Origin: an uncultured archaeon
GTDB taxonomy: Archaea; Asgardarchaeota; Lokiarchaeia; Sigyniarchaeales; SOKP01
NCBI GenBank assembly: GCA_964632315.1
Contig: CAZWEM010000004.1
Span: 98,758 to 162,757 of the forward strand
Reading direction: 5' to 3'
DNA length: 64,000 nucleotides
Shown here: positions 38,095 through 48,770 of the stretch, in pieces
Layout: the number at the start of each line of letters is the position of its first letter
Numbering within the stretch: the first letter of the stretch is position 1
Translations under genes and position numbers: made by a program
Notes under the pieces: model-generated
Database searches by the model: none
What the model was told of the DNA's origin: nothing
The model's input: only the letters and a program-made list of their open reading frames with translations

Positions 38095-40911
38095 ATGGTA
38101 AATGCAAAAGAGATTGTAATAGTACCCGAAACTCACTGGGACCGTGAAACTTTATTGAATTGATGAATAAAGCGCGAGTGGTATCTCCCATTTCAAGAGT
38201 ATCGGGCGAGGCTTGTTCTACTGATGGACAAGTTAATTGATATATTAGAAAGAGACGAAAATTATTCAAGTTTTACCCTTGATGGTCAAGTAATTCCATT
38301 AGAGGACTATCTCGAAGTCAAACCAGAAATGGAAGAGAAGATCAGAACATTTGTAAAACAGAAAAGATTGTCTATTGGTCCGATGTACGTGCTACCCGAT
38401 GAATTTCTCGTAAGCGGTGAATCGCTCATTCGCAATTTATTGATAGGTTATCAATTATCGCAAAAATTTGGAGGCGTAATGAAAGTAGGATACATACCCG
38501 ATCCTTTCGGTCATATCGCCCAATTACCCCAAATCTTGAGTGAATTTGAATTACCAGCGATTCTATTTTGGAGAGGGTTCGGTAATGAATTCGAAGATAA
38601 CAAGCTTAATATGGAGTTTAATTGGGATGCTCCAGGAAATGCTGCTTCTATTTTGGCAATCCACCTAATTTTAAGTTACGGTTCAGTTGCTGACATCTCT
38701 ACTAAAAAGATTAAAGGGCAATATAAATCTGCATTAGGAAGGATAAAGCGTGTCGTATCAAAATTTGAACAATATACTGCAACTCCTTATATTGTACTAA
38801 ATAGTGGGTCTGATCATCACGAAGCCAGACCAGAAATTCCTGAAATTGTAACTCAATGGAATGAAAAATATCCAGATAAGTTAATGATTCAAAATGATTT
38901 TGAGTATTATATCAATAAAATTCTTGAGTTAAATCCGACTTTAAAATCATTTACTGGAGAATTACGGGGGGGACGGTATGCTCATTTGCTCTCAGGAGTA
39001 TTTTCCGCAAGAATGTGGATAAAGCAACGAAACAGTGCTATTGAATATTTGTTTGAAAAGTATGTAGAACCGATTTCAGCAATTTCATTGTTTCTCGATA
39101 AATATAATGAATTTAAATATCCCCAAGGATACATTCTCGCGGGTTTAAAATGGTTGATAAAAAATCATCCTCATGATAGTATATGTGGATGTTCAATTGA
39201 TCAAGTCCATAATGAGATGAGAACTCGGTTTGATTGGGCGGAACAAATAGGTGAAGAAATATTTAAAAATACAGCCTTGTATCTTTTTGATTTAATTAAA
39301 ATCGATTCATCAGGTAAAAAAATTCCATTTATAATATTTAACCCACTTCCGTGGAAAAGGGAGGATATCGTGAAATTTCATATTTCCTCACATATTAAGC
39401 ATGTAACGAAAGAAAGCCCGGGAGATTTCAGTATTATAGATTCAAACGGAAAAACTTTTCCATACCATGTTAAATATATTGAGGAAGAGCCTCGATATCA
39501 AACTGTTTTTTCTATTAGTCATTCATGTGGCTTTTTAGCTGAAATCCCTCCTTGTGGATATAAAATTTTTTATTTATTGCCGGATCAAAAACTCCCGATT
39601 TCTGAAAATAAGGTTTTAGAATTAAAAAGTGGGAAATATTTCATTGAAAACCAATACTATAAGGTGAATGTTGATCTTAACGGAAGGATTCATGTATTCG
39701 ATAAGGAAAGCAATAAATCATACGATGATATCTGTTTTTTTGAGGACGTAGGTGATTGGGGAGATGAATACGACTTTGCAGGACCACAAGAAAATCAGGT
39801 TGATCTCAGATTTACGTCAGAAGACTTAAATGTATTATCGATTGAGCAATTTATTGATGGGCTTTCCCAAAAAACAATCAGAATTGAAGCCAACTTGAAT
39901 TTACCTGCCGCTTTAACAGAAGATCGATATAATAGAGATGATTTTCTTGTTTCAAATTTAATCTCAATATTTATTTCACTTTATCAAGGAATCAAGCGCA
40001 TAGACTTCAAAGTGTTACTGAATAATAAGAGTAAAGATCATAGAATTCGGGTATTATTTCCTACGAAAATTAAAACTGATAAGGTAGATTGTGACGGGCA
40101 TTTTTATGTTGTATCCAGAAATGTAAATCTTCCATTAGCTGAAAAATGGGCTCAAAAACCCTTACCTACGAATCATCAAAAAGACTTTATCTCAGTTAGT
40201 GATAATGGAAATACATTCGGACTAATTAATAAAGGATTACCAGAATATGAAGCCGTAATAAATGAGGATGGAACGATTACATTAGCTATTACTTTATTGC
40301 GATGTATTGAGTGGTTATCAAGACACGATTTGAGTACGCGACCAAACAACGCCGGACCTGACTTAAGTACTCCCGGAGCTCAATGCTTAGGGAAACATAC
40401 ATTCGAATTTAGCATGGTTACCCATATAAATTCAAGTTGGATTGATGCTAAAATCCATCAAACTGGAAAAGAAGTTAATAACCCATTGAAAATCATCTTT
40501 CCCACGATTGCTCAGAGTCCTATGAGAACAACGGATAAGGTCATGCTTAAACCGTTTGGGATCTTGACTTATTTTGAAAATCCTCGAGAAGATATCAAGG
40601 AACCTTTCCTTCCTACTGAATTGAGCTTTTTAGAAATTGATAATCCAAACATTATCTTAAGTGCAATGAAAAAATCCGAAGCTCTTAGTGATTTAATCAT
40701 ACGAGTATATAATGTCTCTGATACACTTGAAGAAGGCATTATTAAATTGTATAAAGGACTCTCGATTTTAGAATGCAATATTGTAAATCTTTTAGAGGAT
40801 ATCCCCAAACGAAACATTTATGCTTCAATAAAGCTCATTAATGACAATACCCTAAAAATCTCATTAGATCCTAATGTGATAACAACAATGAAATTAAAAA
40901 TTAAAAAATAG
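38095..40911 (+). CDS. GH38 alpha-mannosidase (mannosylglycerate hydrolase MngB-like), split by a 30-nt BHB intron; exons 38095-38148 and 38179-40911, 928 aa spliced
   Basis: Spliced N-terminus MVNAKEIVIVPETHWDREWYLPFQEYR restores the GH38 HWDREWY motif; also LDGQ, PDPFGH and HDSICGCS. Confidence 0.9.
38149..38178 (+). other. Bulge-helix-bulge (tRNA-type) intron in a protein-coding gene
   Basis: Central helix CGTG/CGCG, bulges AAA and AGT, inner helix CTTTATT/AATAAAG, outer pairing TGGGA/TCCCA; contains in-frame TGA TGA. Confidence 0.85.
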
Positions 40912-40978
40912 TACTAGAACTGTACTTGTAGAAAATTTTAAAATCTATAAAAAAGAAATAAAAAGAGATACTAAATTA

Positions 40979-41530
40979 TTATTTAATCTCGATCTTCTTC
41001 TTTTCCGGCTCTGGTGGTGTTACTTTTGGAACTTTTACAGTCAAGATTCCTTTATCAAGATTGGCATCAATTTTGTTTTCGTCAATGTTTTCAGGTAAAT
41101 TGAAAGCCCTGTAATAGCTGGATGAATGATATTCTCTTCGGACTAATTGCCCTTCTTTCTCCTCTTTCTTTTCTTCTTTATGTTCTCCTTTAATTTCCAT
41201 GACACCATCTCTAATTGTAAGTTCAATATTATCCTTGTCTAAACCGGGCAATTCGGTAGTGATCTCGAAATGATCTTCTGCATCTTTAATGTTCGCTAAT
41301 GGGGTTCTAAAAAGAGGTTCGTCGTCTCTAATTCTCAAACTCAATGGTCTATAGCTTCTTCGTGAAAATGGCCACCAATTATCATTGAAAATGTCATCAA
41401 ACATTCGATCCATTTCTTGGAACAACGAAAATGGATTTTCTCGTCTTATCGATAATTCTCTTGACTTTTTATCTTCTTTATTTTCTTCATTAGTTTTATC
41501 TTTTTTCTTGACATCAATTTTTTCTGACAT
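40979..41530 (-). CDS. hsp20: Small heat shock protein (Hsp20/alpha-crystallin)
   Basis: ELPGLDK, YYRAFNLPE, A.LDKGILTVKVPK. Start reassigned to ATG 41530, which has SD GAGGT. Confidence 0.92.
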   Translation of the reverse strand: MSEKIDVKKKDKTNEENKEDKKSRELSIRRENPFSLFQEMDRMFDDIFNDNWWPFSRRSYRPLSLRIRDDEPLFRTPLANIKDAEDHFEITTELPGLDKDNIELTIRDGVMEIKGEHKEEKKEEKEGQLVRREYHSSSYYRAFNLPENIDENKIDANLDKGILTVKVPKVTPPEPEKKKIEIK

Positions 41531-41564
41531 AGAATCTACCTCGTTTATGTTTTTGTTATTATTT

Positions 41565-41585
41565 TTGTCAATCAATTGTTGACAA
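41565..41585. promoter_or_regulatory. Palindromic operator candidate at the hsp20 transcription start
   Basis: TTGTCAA-N7-TTGACAA, 21-41 nt downstream of a minus-strand TATA box TTTAAATA (41613-41606). Confidence 0.45.
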
Positions 41586-41706
41586 TTACTATATGTTAAA
41601 AATCGTATTTAAATGTTTCGATCAAGATATCTAAAGACTTACCGGTCTAGAGATGAAATTTATAACTATTAGTGATCTCATTATCACTTAATTTAAATTG
41701 AATTTT

Positions 41707-42108
41707 TCAAAAAAAATATCTTTCTTTCTTTTCTTTTTCCTTTAAGATTCCTTTCAAATCAACAAAAGGTTCTGGTTGATCAATTGAATTTCTCGAAAAA
41801 GTTTTTCTGTAAGATTGAATAATATCTTCAAAATCCTGAAAGAAAGTAGTGATTTCTCGATTAAAATTACTTCTATTAGAAAAATAAATGACAGATTTTT
41901 CCTTTTGACTCGAAATTTTAGGAAAATTCTGTATTAGATATTCATAAGCGTTTTTAATTTTTAGAAAATCATCATAATTTTTAGGATTTATTTTTTTTAA
42001 ATCAGGATGATATTTTTTAGCTAATTTATGATAAGCAAGCTTTGTATCTTCTAAAGTTGCATCTTGGTTTAATCCTAAGATATTCAAGCAATCGTCAAAT
42101 TTAGTCAA
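41707..42108 (-). CDS. J-domain (DnaJ-like) protein
   Basis: ILGL..AYHKLAKKYHPD..F.KIKNAYE. Confidence 0.88.
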   Translation of the reverse strand: MTKFDDCLNILGLNQDATLEDTKLAYHKLAKKYHPDLKKINPKNYDDFLKIKNAYEYLIQNFPKISSQKEKSVIYFSNRSNFNREITTFFQDFEDIIQSYRKTFSRNSIDQPEPFVDLKGILKEKEKKERYFF

Positions 42109-42205
42109 TTAGATCCCTCATAATCGATGATTTATTACACTAAGAATATAAATTTTACAATTTAAATGTTCAGCTGAATCAAAAAAAGTAATTAAAAAAT
42201 AAAAA

Positions 42206-42955
42206 TTATTTAATGATCCGTTTTTCGACCCATTTCGGCATAACTAAAGAGACATACATAAAAATTAAAGCGAGGATTGCGAAAATCCACGCAATGTACA
42301 CGTATATGGAATATCCGGGGTGGCCAAACACGACAATCATCAACGTATCCATGACAAACATCAAAAAGAATAGAATCATTGAGATCATCGCTGCAAAAAG
42401 GAACTGAAACCCAACTTTCGCTACGGGATCTGTCGATTTCTTTAGAGCTTTAAAGCATATACTTGCAATGATGATATATACTACATAAGAATAGACTATG
42501 AGTGCTAAAGTTGAATATAAGCGGATACTGACTAATCCTTCATAATCCTCATGGGGAACGCCCCACCAATTCCAGGGTAGAAAAAGTATCGCAATTATGG
42601 CCAGTCCTGAGATAATTATGAGGAAAAACCCTCTTTTTGCCCTATTTGTTAATTCAATAACAAATCTAAAGAGCGCCATATCAGCAAGAACTACCATACT
42701 ATAAGCGAATGGAAGTGAAAAGCGATATATCTCCTTGTAAAATCCGGTTATTACTGCTTCGGCTAATCCAATGGTAAGCATTACTATGGCTGCTGTGAAA
42801 AAAGTAAATACAAGAGATAAATAGAGTGGTGCGTTTACTTTCCTTTCACGCCATTTCATCATCATCCGAATGGTTAAGATTACGCTAAAAATAGAAATTA
42901 CACCATAATAAAGAAATATCGGAAAGACAATAAAGTCAAAAGGTGTATAACTCAT
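42206..42955 (-). CDS. Stand-alone 7TM membrane protein
   Basis: About seven hydrophobic helices ending in SLVMPKW; no soluble domain. Confidence 0.7.
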   Translation of the reverse strand: MSYTPFDFIVFPIFLYYGVISIFSVILTIRMMMKWRERKVNAPLYLSLVFTFFTAAIVMLTIGLAEAVITGFYKEIYRFSLPFAYSMVVLADMALFRFVIELTNRAKRGFFLIIISGLAIIAILFLPWNWWGVPHEDYEGLVSIRLYSTLALIVYSYVVYIIIASICFKALKKSTDPVAKVGFQFLFAAMISMILFFLMFVMDTLMIVVFGHPGYSIYVYIAWIFAILALIFMYVSLVMPKWVEKRIIK

Positions 42956-43120
42956 AAAACTATACTAAATTAGACAAATATAAATCTTCTCGATAATCTT
43001 ATTATCATTCTATGGTAATAATACCTTTAATACTTTCAAACATTAAGAATGTATTTTATCTGAAACTCTTTTTAAGTAATTCAGATTTTTATATAGAAAT
43101 CCATAAAACTTAGTGAAAAT

Positions 43121-44227
43121 ATGAAGAACTACGACATTATTATTATTGGAGCAGGTCCTGGGGGATCTGTAGCAGCAAAAATCGCTGCAGAAAATGGTTA
43201 CTCTACCTGTTTTTTTGAAAAAGAATCACTCAGAGAAGGTGGAAGATATAAAGCTTGTGGTGGTGCTATTGCTTGGGAACTTGTTGAAGAGATAGATTAT
43301 CCCGAAGAAAAAATAAGTCGGATAATAGAATCTTTAGAGCTTCATCATATTGATGGTGAAACTTTTTCCAAAAATGGAAAAGGTGCTGTAGTTTGGAGGA
43401 GTGAATTCGATAAATACATAACTGACTTGGCAATGGAAGCTGGGGCTCAATTAAATGACAATGAAAAATTAATTAAAATACAAAAATCAAATGGATCTTA
43501 CCTAATCGTGACTACTAAAGGTGAATATCAGGCAAAGTACGTGATTGCTGCAGATGGTGTGACTTCTACTACTCTAAACCTTTTAAAATGGCCATTTTTT
43601 GAAAGCAAGGATACTATTTTAACTATTACGCAAGAAATGAGAACCTCTCAGGAAGATATCAAACAATCCCTGGGAAGTGACAAAGTTCATCTCTTTTTTG
43701 GGATAGAAGATTTTATCACCGTTGGCTATGCTTGGCTATTTCCAAAAAAAGAAGCTATAACAGTAGGATGGGGCAATCAAATTGATTTAATAAAAAATTC
43801 TCGTGAGGAGTTTCAGAAATTTAGAAATTTATCATTTGTCAAAAATGCCCTAAAAAATTCGGAATTAGACGTGTTTAAACCTCATTTAATTCCAGTGGGA
43901 CTGAGATCAAAACTTTATGAAGATAATGTATTCGCCATAGGGGATGCTGGTGGAATTGTAGATCCAATTAGTGGAAAGGGCATACCATATGCGATGATGT
44001 CTGGTCAAATTGCAATTGAGACAATTAAATATTGTGAAGATAAAGAAAAGCAAGATAAGTTTGGTTCTCAATATTTAAAGTCATTAGATAGAAAATTTTT
44101 AAGAATTTTAAAAGCTAAGCGTATTGCTCGAGAAAAAATATTCAAGAATGATGAAAATTTGAAGAAATTTCTATCCCTTTGGGAAAATCATAGAAGTTCT
44201 GAGATTGTAATGAGAAAATTGATATAA
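43121..44227 (+). CDS. Geranylgeranyl reductase family FAD oxidoreductase
   Basis: GAGPGG, KACGG, AADG, GYAWLFP, GDAGG..P.SG.GI. Confidence 0.9.
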   Translation: MKNYDIIIIGAGPGGSVAAKIAAENGYSTCFFEKESLREGGRYKACGGAIAWELVEEIDYPEEKISRIIESLELHHIDGETFSKNGKGAVVWRSEFDKYITDLAMEAGAQLNDNEKLIKIQKSNGSYLIVTTKGEYQAKYVIAADGVTSTTLNLLKWPFFESKDTILTITQEMRTSQEDIKQSLGSDKVHLFFGIEDFITVGYAWLFPKKEAITVGWGNQIDLIKNSREEFQKFRNLSFVKNALKNSELDVFKPHLIPVGLRSKLYEDNVFAIGDAGGIVDPISGKGIPYAMMSGQIAIETIKYCEDKEKQDKFGSQYLKSLDRKFLRILKAKRIAREKIFKNDENLKKFLSLWENHRSSEIVMRKLI

Positions 44228-44247
44228 ATGGAAAGAGGATTAAGATC

Positions 44248-45315
44248 ATGAAATTTGGTGAATATGCAAAGACATTCATTCCACAAATAAATGAAGCAAT
44301 TAAATTACTTTTTCAAGAAAAATTAAAAACTGTTAAAAATGATTTTCTAGTTTCATACTATACAGAATTACGTGATTACATTTTATCTGGAGGAAAAAGA
44401 ATTCGACCTCTTCTCTCTATTGGTGCTTTCAACAGTTTGAATGAGGATCATAATGATAAGATAATAAATCCTAGTGTTGGAATAGAACTTCTTCATAATG
44501 CTTCTCTTATACATGATGATATTATCGATAAAGATAATTTTCGACGTGGAGAACCATCATTCCATTATAGGTTTCAGACATATCATCAAAAGCACAATTT
44601 GGAAAAAATGCAGAAGGTTGATTTTGGAAATTCAATTGGAATAATAGGAGGAGACTCCATGTATTTTTTAGGTCTGGAAGCATATCTATCCAATAATTTT
44701 GCTGATCCTTTAAATCTAAAAGCTATAAATTATTATCATCAAGCTTTCATCGAAATTGCAGATGGAGTCTTAATCGAAACCGAAATGGTGAATCGGAATA
44801 AAGTCTCTCTAAAGGAATACATTGAGATGATTTCTTTAAAAACTGGTGCTTTAATTGAGAAAGCTCTGTTAATAGGCGCTTCTTATGCTAATATTGATGA
44901 AAAATATAAAACGTATTTTTCAACGTATGGTATCAATCTTGGCATTATCTTCCAAATAGTTGATGATATTCTTGGAACTTTTGGAGATTCTAAGATTACT
45001 GGAAAACCTACAGATGGAGATATTCGTGAAGGTAAGTGGACCTGTTTATTGATTGAAGCGCTGAACAATCTAGAAATTGATGATAGAATTCTTCTAAACA
45101 GTTTGATTAAAAAAACGAACATTACAAACTCGGATGTTAGTAAAGTTAAAAAATTATTTCTGAAAGCAGATGTAATTAATTCGTGTAAAAAACAAGCTAA
45201 TAAATACTATGAAGAAGCTTCAGATGCCTTGAAAGAGTTATCTGTTGTGATAAAAAGCTCAGAATTAGAATTTTTCACCGATTTATTGGATTTTGTAACT
45301 AAAAGGGAATATTAA
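44248..45315 (+). CDS. idsA: Geranylgeranyl diphosphate / polyprenyl synthase
   Basis: GGKRIRP, FARM HDDIID..RRG, KT, SARM FQIVDDIL, DIREGK. Confidence 0.92.
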   Translation: MKFGEYAKTFIPQINEAIKLLFQEKLKTVKNDFLVSYYTELRDYILSGGKRIRPLLSIGAFNSLNEDHNDKIINPSVGIELLHNASLIHDDIIDKDNFRRGEPSFHYRFQTYHQKHNLEKMQKVDFGNSIGIIGGDSMYFLGLEAYLSNNFADPLNLKAINYYHQAFIEIADGVLIETEMVNRNKVSLKEYIEMISLKTGALIEKALLIGASYANIDEKYKTYFSTYGINLGIIFQIVDDILGTFGDSKITGKPTDGDIREGKWTCLLIEALNNLEIDDRILLNSLIKKTNITNSDVSKVKKLFLKADVINSCKKQANKYYEEASDALKELSVVIKSSELEFFTDLLDFVTKREY

Positions 45316-45336
45316 ATTCATGTAAAGCATCTCCAA

Positions 45337-46131
45337 TCATCTGTATATAATTGTGGATTTAACATTTTCGTTCATAATACCTTTAATTAAGTAATCTTTC
45401 TTCAAACCATTAAGAATTTGAACAGGTATCCCCAATTTACCAATTTCACTTATTAGTTTAAGCTTACTCTTTATTCCACCAGTAACATCGATTTTTTTAT
45501 CTAAATTTGCCAAATTAAGCTCATCAATTTGATCGATTCTTATTTCATTAAGAAATTTGATAGCTCCATCTTTTTCAATAAAAACTCCATCCTTTTCTAT
45601 GGCAAAAATTACTTTTGATACGCGAAATTTTTGAAGTTGTTTACATAATTCAAAAATTATGAGGTCTCCAGAAATTATTGAAAATTTATTATTACTATCA
45701 AGGATTATATCACCATATAGTATTGGAGTAACTCCTATTTCGAGGATTGATTCAATTACTTTTAAATTGTTTACTTTTATCTCCTTTAACTCTCTCATGA
45801 AACTACTAAATGGTTCTACTGCGACGACAGGATAATCTTTTTCTAAAAAGCTTCCTATTATTTTTGAATTTAATTTTACCATGACTTCATGTGTTTTAGC
45901 CAATCCATAGATTTGATTCTTTATTTTCTTGTTAAATCCATTAGAGATTCCATATTTTTTTGCTACTGGATGGCCAAAAGAACCACCTCCATGTACAATG
46001 ATCAATTTTTTTTTACTACCAACTATTTCTTCAACAGATTGTTCTAAAATTTCATTTCTAATAGAAAATGGTTTATTTTTATCTGTTAAAAGGCTTCCTC
46101 CCAGTTTAAGAATTATTATTTCAGTTTTCAA
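45337..46131 (-). CDS. ipk: Isopentenyl phosphate kinase
   Basis: KLGGSLLTDK, HGGGSFGH (IPK His), SGD, DVTGG. Confidence 0.93.
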   Translation of the reverse strand: MKTEIIILKLGGSLLTDKNKPFSIRNEILEQSVEEIVGSKKKLIIVHGGGSFGHPVAKKYGISNGFNKKIKNQIYGLAKTHEVMVKLNSKIIGSFLEKDYPVVAVEPFSSFMRELKEIKVNNLKVIESILEIGVTPILYGDIILDSNNKFSIISGDLIIFELCKQLQKFRVSKVIFAIEKDGVFIEKDGAIKFLNEIRIDQIDELNLANLDKKIDVTGGIKSKLKLISEIGKLGIPVQILNGLKKDYLIKGIMNENVKSTIIYR

Positions 46132-46172
46132 TTATAACACATCCAGAATCTTAATTTGATTCTATTGTATGT

Positions 46173-47366
46173 TTATTCTTTAAATCCTTCCATATCTGTT
46201 TTTATAAGCTTGACTTTAGGCGAATTTGAATTCAGAAGTTTAGATGGGCCACCAAGTTTTCCTTCGATAATCTCATGTTGAGGAATAACAGGTTTTATTG
46301 CTTTCTTAATACTCTCTGCCTGTGATTTATTCGTTATTAATACAAGTGAAGGCCCAGTATCTATTGAAAAATATACTTCAAAACCACTTTTTCTTAATTC
46401 ACGTACCTCAAGAATCACTTTTAAAGTGTCAGGATCCCAAGCTATTATATTTTCATTATTAGGGGCGGTCATCGTTATAGCGTGTAAGCACAATGTATCA
46501 TACTCAGCTAAATCTCCAATTTTCGATAAATCGTGACTATCAAGAGCATCTATAAATTTAAATATTAATTCTTTTCTTTTACTTAACCATGCTTCAAAAA
46601 ATGGGGATTTGAGAGATACGTTATGTGCTTGTGCAGTCTTAAGTTCAGATTTTATAGGAATTGTTAAAAATGAAATATTATCTATAAAATCTTGATGTTC
46701 TTCTCTATTCAATTGAATTGCAAAAGAATCTAATGGATCAATGGTGGGATGACTTAACCATAAAGAAAACCCTCCAGAAGAACTACGGCATCCAGAACCC
46801 GAGAGATATCTAGAAAAAATGCTGAGTAAACGTCTATTATTAATAAATTCAGGTATATTGTCATAAAGAATTGATGTTGCTGCTAATCCTAGTGCTGCCG
46901 AACCAGAAGCAGATGTACCTAATCCTTTTCCTTCCTCTTTTGAAGGAAAGAAGTTACGTGAAATTAAAAGAGCTTTAGTATTTATCCCTGAGAAATTTCT
47001 TATATTTTCTAATGAACCTTTAACTTTTTGAAAAGTTATTCTATCTGCGGACGTTCCATTCAAGAAAACGATATCGTTCTTTAATTCTTTATCAAATCTT
47101 AAATATGAAATCGTATATAAACTCTCATTATTTAACGAGATACTCGGAAAAAATGAGATTTGTTGTTTAAGATCGGAAAATCCATGATACTTTAAAATTC
47201 CTTGGATCGGATTAGCAAGAGAAAAAGCTTCCCCCTCTTCATTTATTGCTTCTCGATTTCGAGGTAATTCATCAAAAACATATTCCTTCTTAATTAATAG
47301 TTGGCAAATCTCTTCGTAATCTCTTTTTAGTTGAATATTAAGAGTTTTAGATATGGACGATATCAT
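46173..47366 (-). CDS. mvaD: GHMP-family (phospho)mevalonate decarboxylase, haloarchaeal PMD-like
   Basis: ANPIQGILKYHG, GLGTSASGSAA, SGSGCRS, YFSIDTGP. Confidence 0.85.
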   Translation of the reverse strand: MISSISKTLNIQLKRDYEEICQLLIKKEYVFDELPRNREAINEEGEAFSLANPIQGILKYHGFSDLKQQISFFPSISLNNESLYTISYLRFDKELKNDIVFLNGTSADRITFQKVKGSLENIRNFSGINTKALLISRNFFPSKEEGKGLGTSASGSAALGLAATSILYDNIPEFINNRRLLSIFSRYLSGSGCRSSSGGFSLWLSHPTIDPLDSFAIQLNREEHQDFIDNISFLTIPIKSELKTAQAHNVSLKSPFFEAWLSKRKELIFKFIDALDSHDLSKIGDLAEYDTLCLHAITMTAPNNENIIAWDPDTLKVILEVRELRKSGFEVYFSIDTGPSLVLITNKSQAESIKKAIKPVIPQHEIIEGKLGGPSKLLNSNSPKVKLIKTDMEGFKE

Positions 47367-47505
47367 CCTACCTTTATAATAGTTCCCAAATTAAATAAAA
47401 ATTTTGAATATTGTTAAATGATGTATGCTCAAATGATTTGATAAGCCTCTTCAAATTACGAAATAATTGACATAATTTTTTAAAAATTGAAGATTTTTTG
47501 ACAAT

Positions 47506-48672
47506 ATGAAACAATACTCTTCAGAAATATCTGGTTTTTATAAGTTTTCGATCGGGGAAAGGTTAAAACTTATTGATGAAAAAGTTGGCTTGACAAAAGA
47601 CGAGATAAACGTTCTAAAGAATTTTGGTTATTACCAACCTAAAAAAATGGATATGATAATCGAGAATGTCATTGCAAGTTACCAATTACCTTACTCAATA
47701 GCTTGTAATTTTAAAATAAATGGAAAAGATTACCTTATTCCAATGGTCATAGAGGAACCTTCAGTCGTAGCTGCTGCATCTAATCTAGCTAGAATGGCGA
47801 GGAAACATGGGGGATTCCACTGTGAAAAGATATCACAGATAATGATTGGACAAGTTCAAATTTTGAATATCAAAAATATTGATTTAGCAATAAAAAATAT
47901 TAAAGCAAACAAAGAAAAAATCATTAAATTGGCTAACGATCAAGATCCAATTCTGGTTAAATTTGGTGGAGGAGTTGTGGATATAGAAATACGTCCCATT
48001 GAAACCATACAAGGACCCATGATTATCGTGCATCTACTCGTAAATGTATTAGATGCAATGGGTGCCAATGCTGTAAATACTATGGCTGAGGCAGTAGCTC
48101 CATATTTAGCACAATTATGTCAAGGAGAGTTTCTACTTAGAATCATATCAAATTTAGCGACGCATCGGATTGCAAAATGTAGAGCAATTTTTGATAAAGA
48201 TATGCTAGGTGGTTCAGAGGTTGTTGAGGGGATTTTAAACGCATACGCATTCGCTAAAGCAGATCCATTTCGAGCCGCAACTCATAATAAAGGGATTATG
48301 AATGGAATAATTGCCTTAACACTAGCGACGGGTAATGATACAAGAGCAATTGAAGCAGGCGCTCACGCTTACGCTGCTTTGAATGGTAATTACCAACCGT
48401 TAAGTAAATTTAGTATTAACTCAGATGGACACCTTGTTGGAGAATTAGAATTACCAATTGCTTTAGGAATTATCGGGGGGCTTACTAAAACCCATCCATT
48501 GGCCAAAATATCTTTAAAAATTTTAGGCATTAATAAAGCAGAAGAATTAGCTCAAGTCGCAGTGGCAGTGGGATTATGTCAAAATGTTGCTGCTTTACGA
48601 GCTTTAGCAGCAGAAGGAATACAAGCAGGGCATATGAAATTACACAAAAGGAAAGCACAAAAGAATGAATAG
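47506..48672 (+). CDS. mvaA: HMG-CoA reductase, class II
   Basis: ENVI, EEPSVVAA, DAMGAN, RAATHNKGIMNG, EGIQAGHMKLH. Confidence 0.93.
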   Translation: MKQYSSEISGFYKFSIGERLKLIDEKVGLTKDEINVLKNFGYYQPKKMDMIIENVIASYQLPYSIACNFKINGKDYLIPMVIEEPSVVAAASNLARMARKHGGFHCEKISQIMIGQVQILNIKNIDLAIKNIKANKEKIIKLANDQDPILVKFGGGVVDIEIRPIETIQGPMIIVHLLVNVLDAMGANAVNTMAEAVAPYLAQLCQGEFLLRIISNLATHRIAKCRAIFDKDMLGGSEVVEGILNAYAFAKADPFRAATHNKGIMNGIIALTLATGNDTRAIEAGAHAYAALNGNYQPLSKFSINSDGHLVGELELPIALGIIGGLTKTHPLAKISLKILGINKAEELAQVAVAVGLCQNVAALRALAAEGIQAGHMKLHKRKAQKNE

Positions 48673-48770
48673 AGTAAGGTTCTACTGGTTTAAATATACC
48701 TTTTAGTTAATCAGTTGCCCAGATATTAAAGAGAAGCTAGAATATAGTTTATAATTAGATATTCTGTAAA

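Noticed and set aside
38149-38178. GH38 TGA-TGA read as tandem selenocysteines, or the gene read as a pseudogene or as starting at 38224
   Set aside because: Readthrough would leave 10 extra residues inside the metal-binding motif, and I saw no SECIS after the gene. Starting at 38224 loses the motif. BHB excision restores it exactly and the rest of the ORF is intact.
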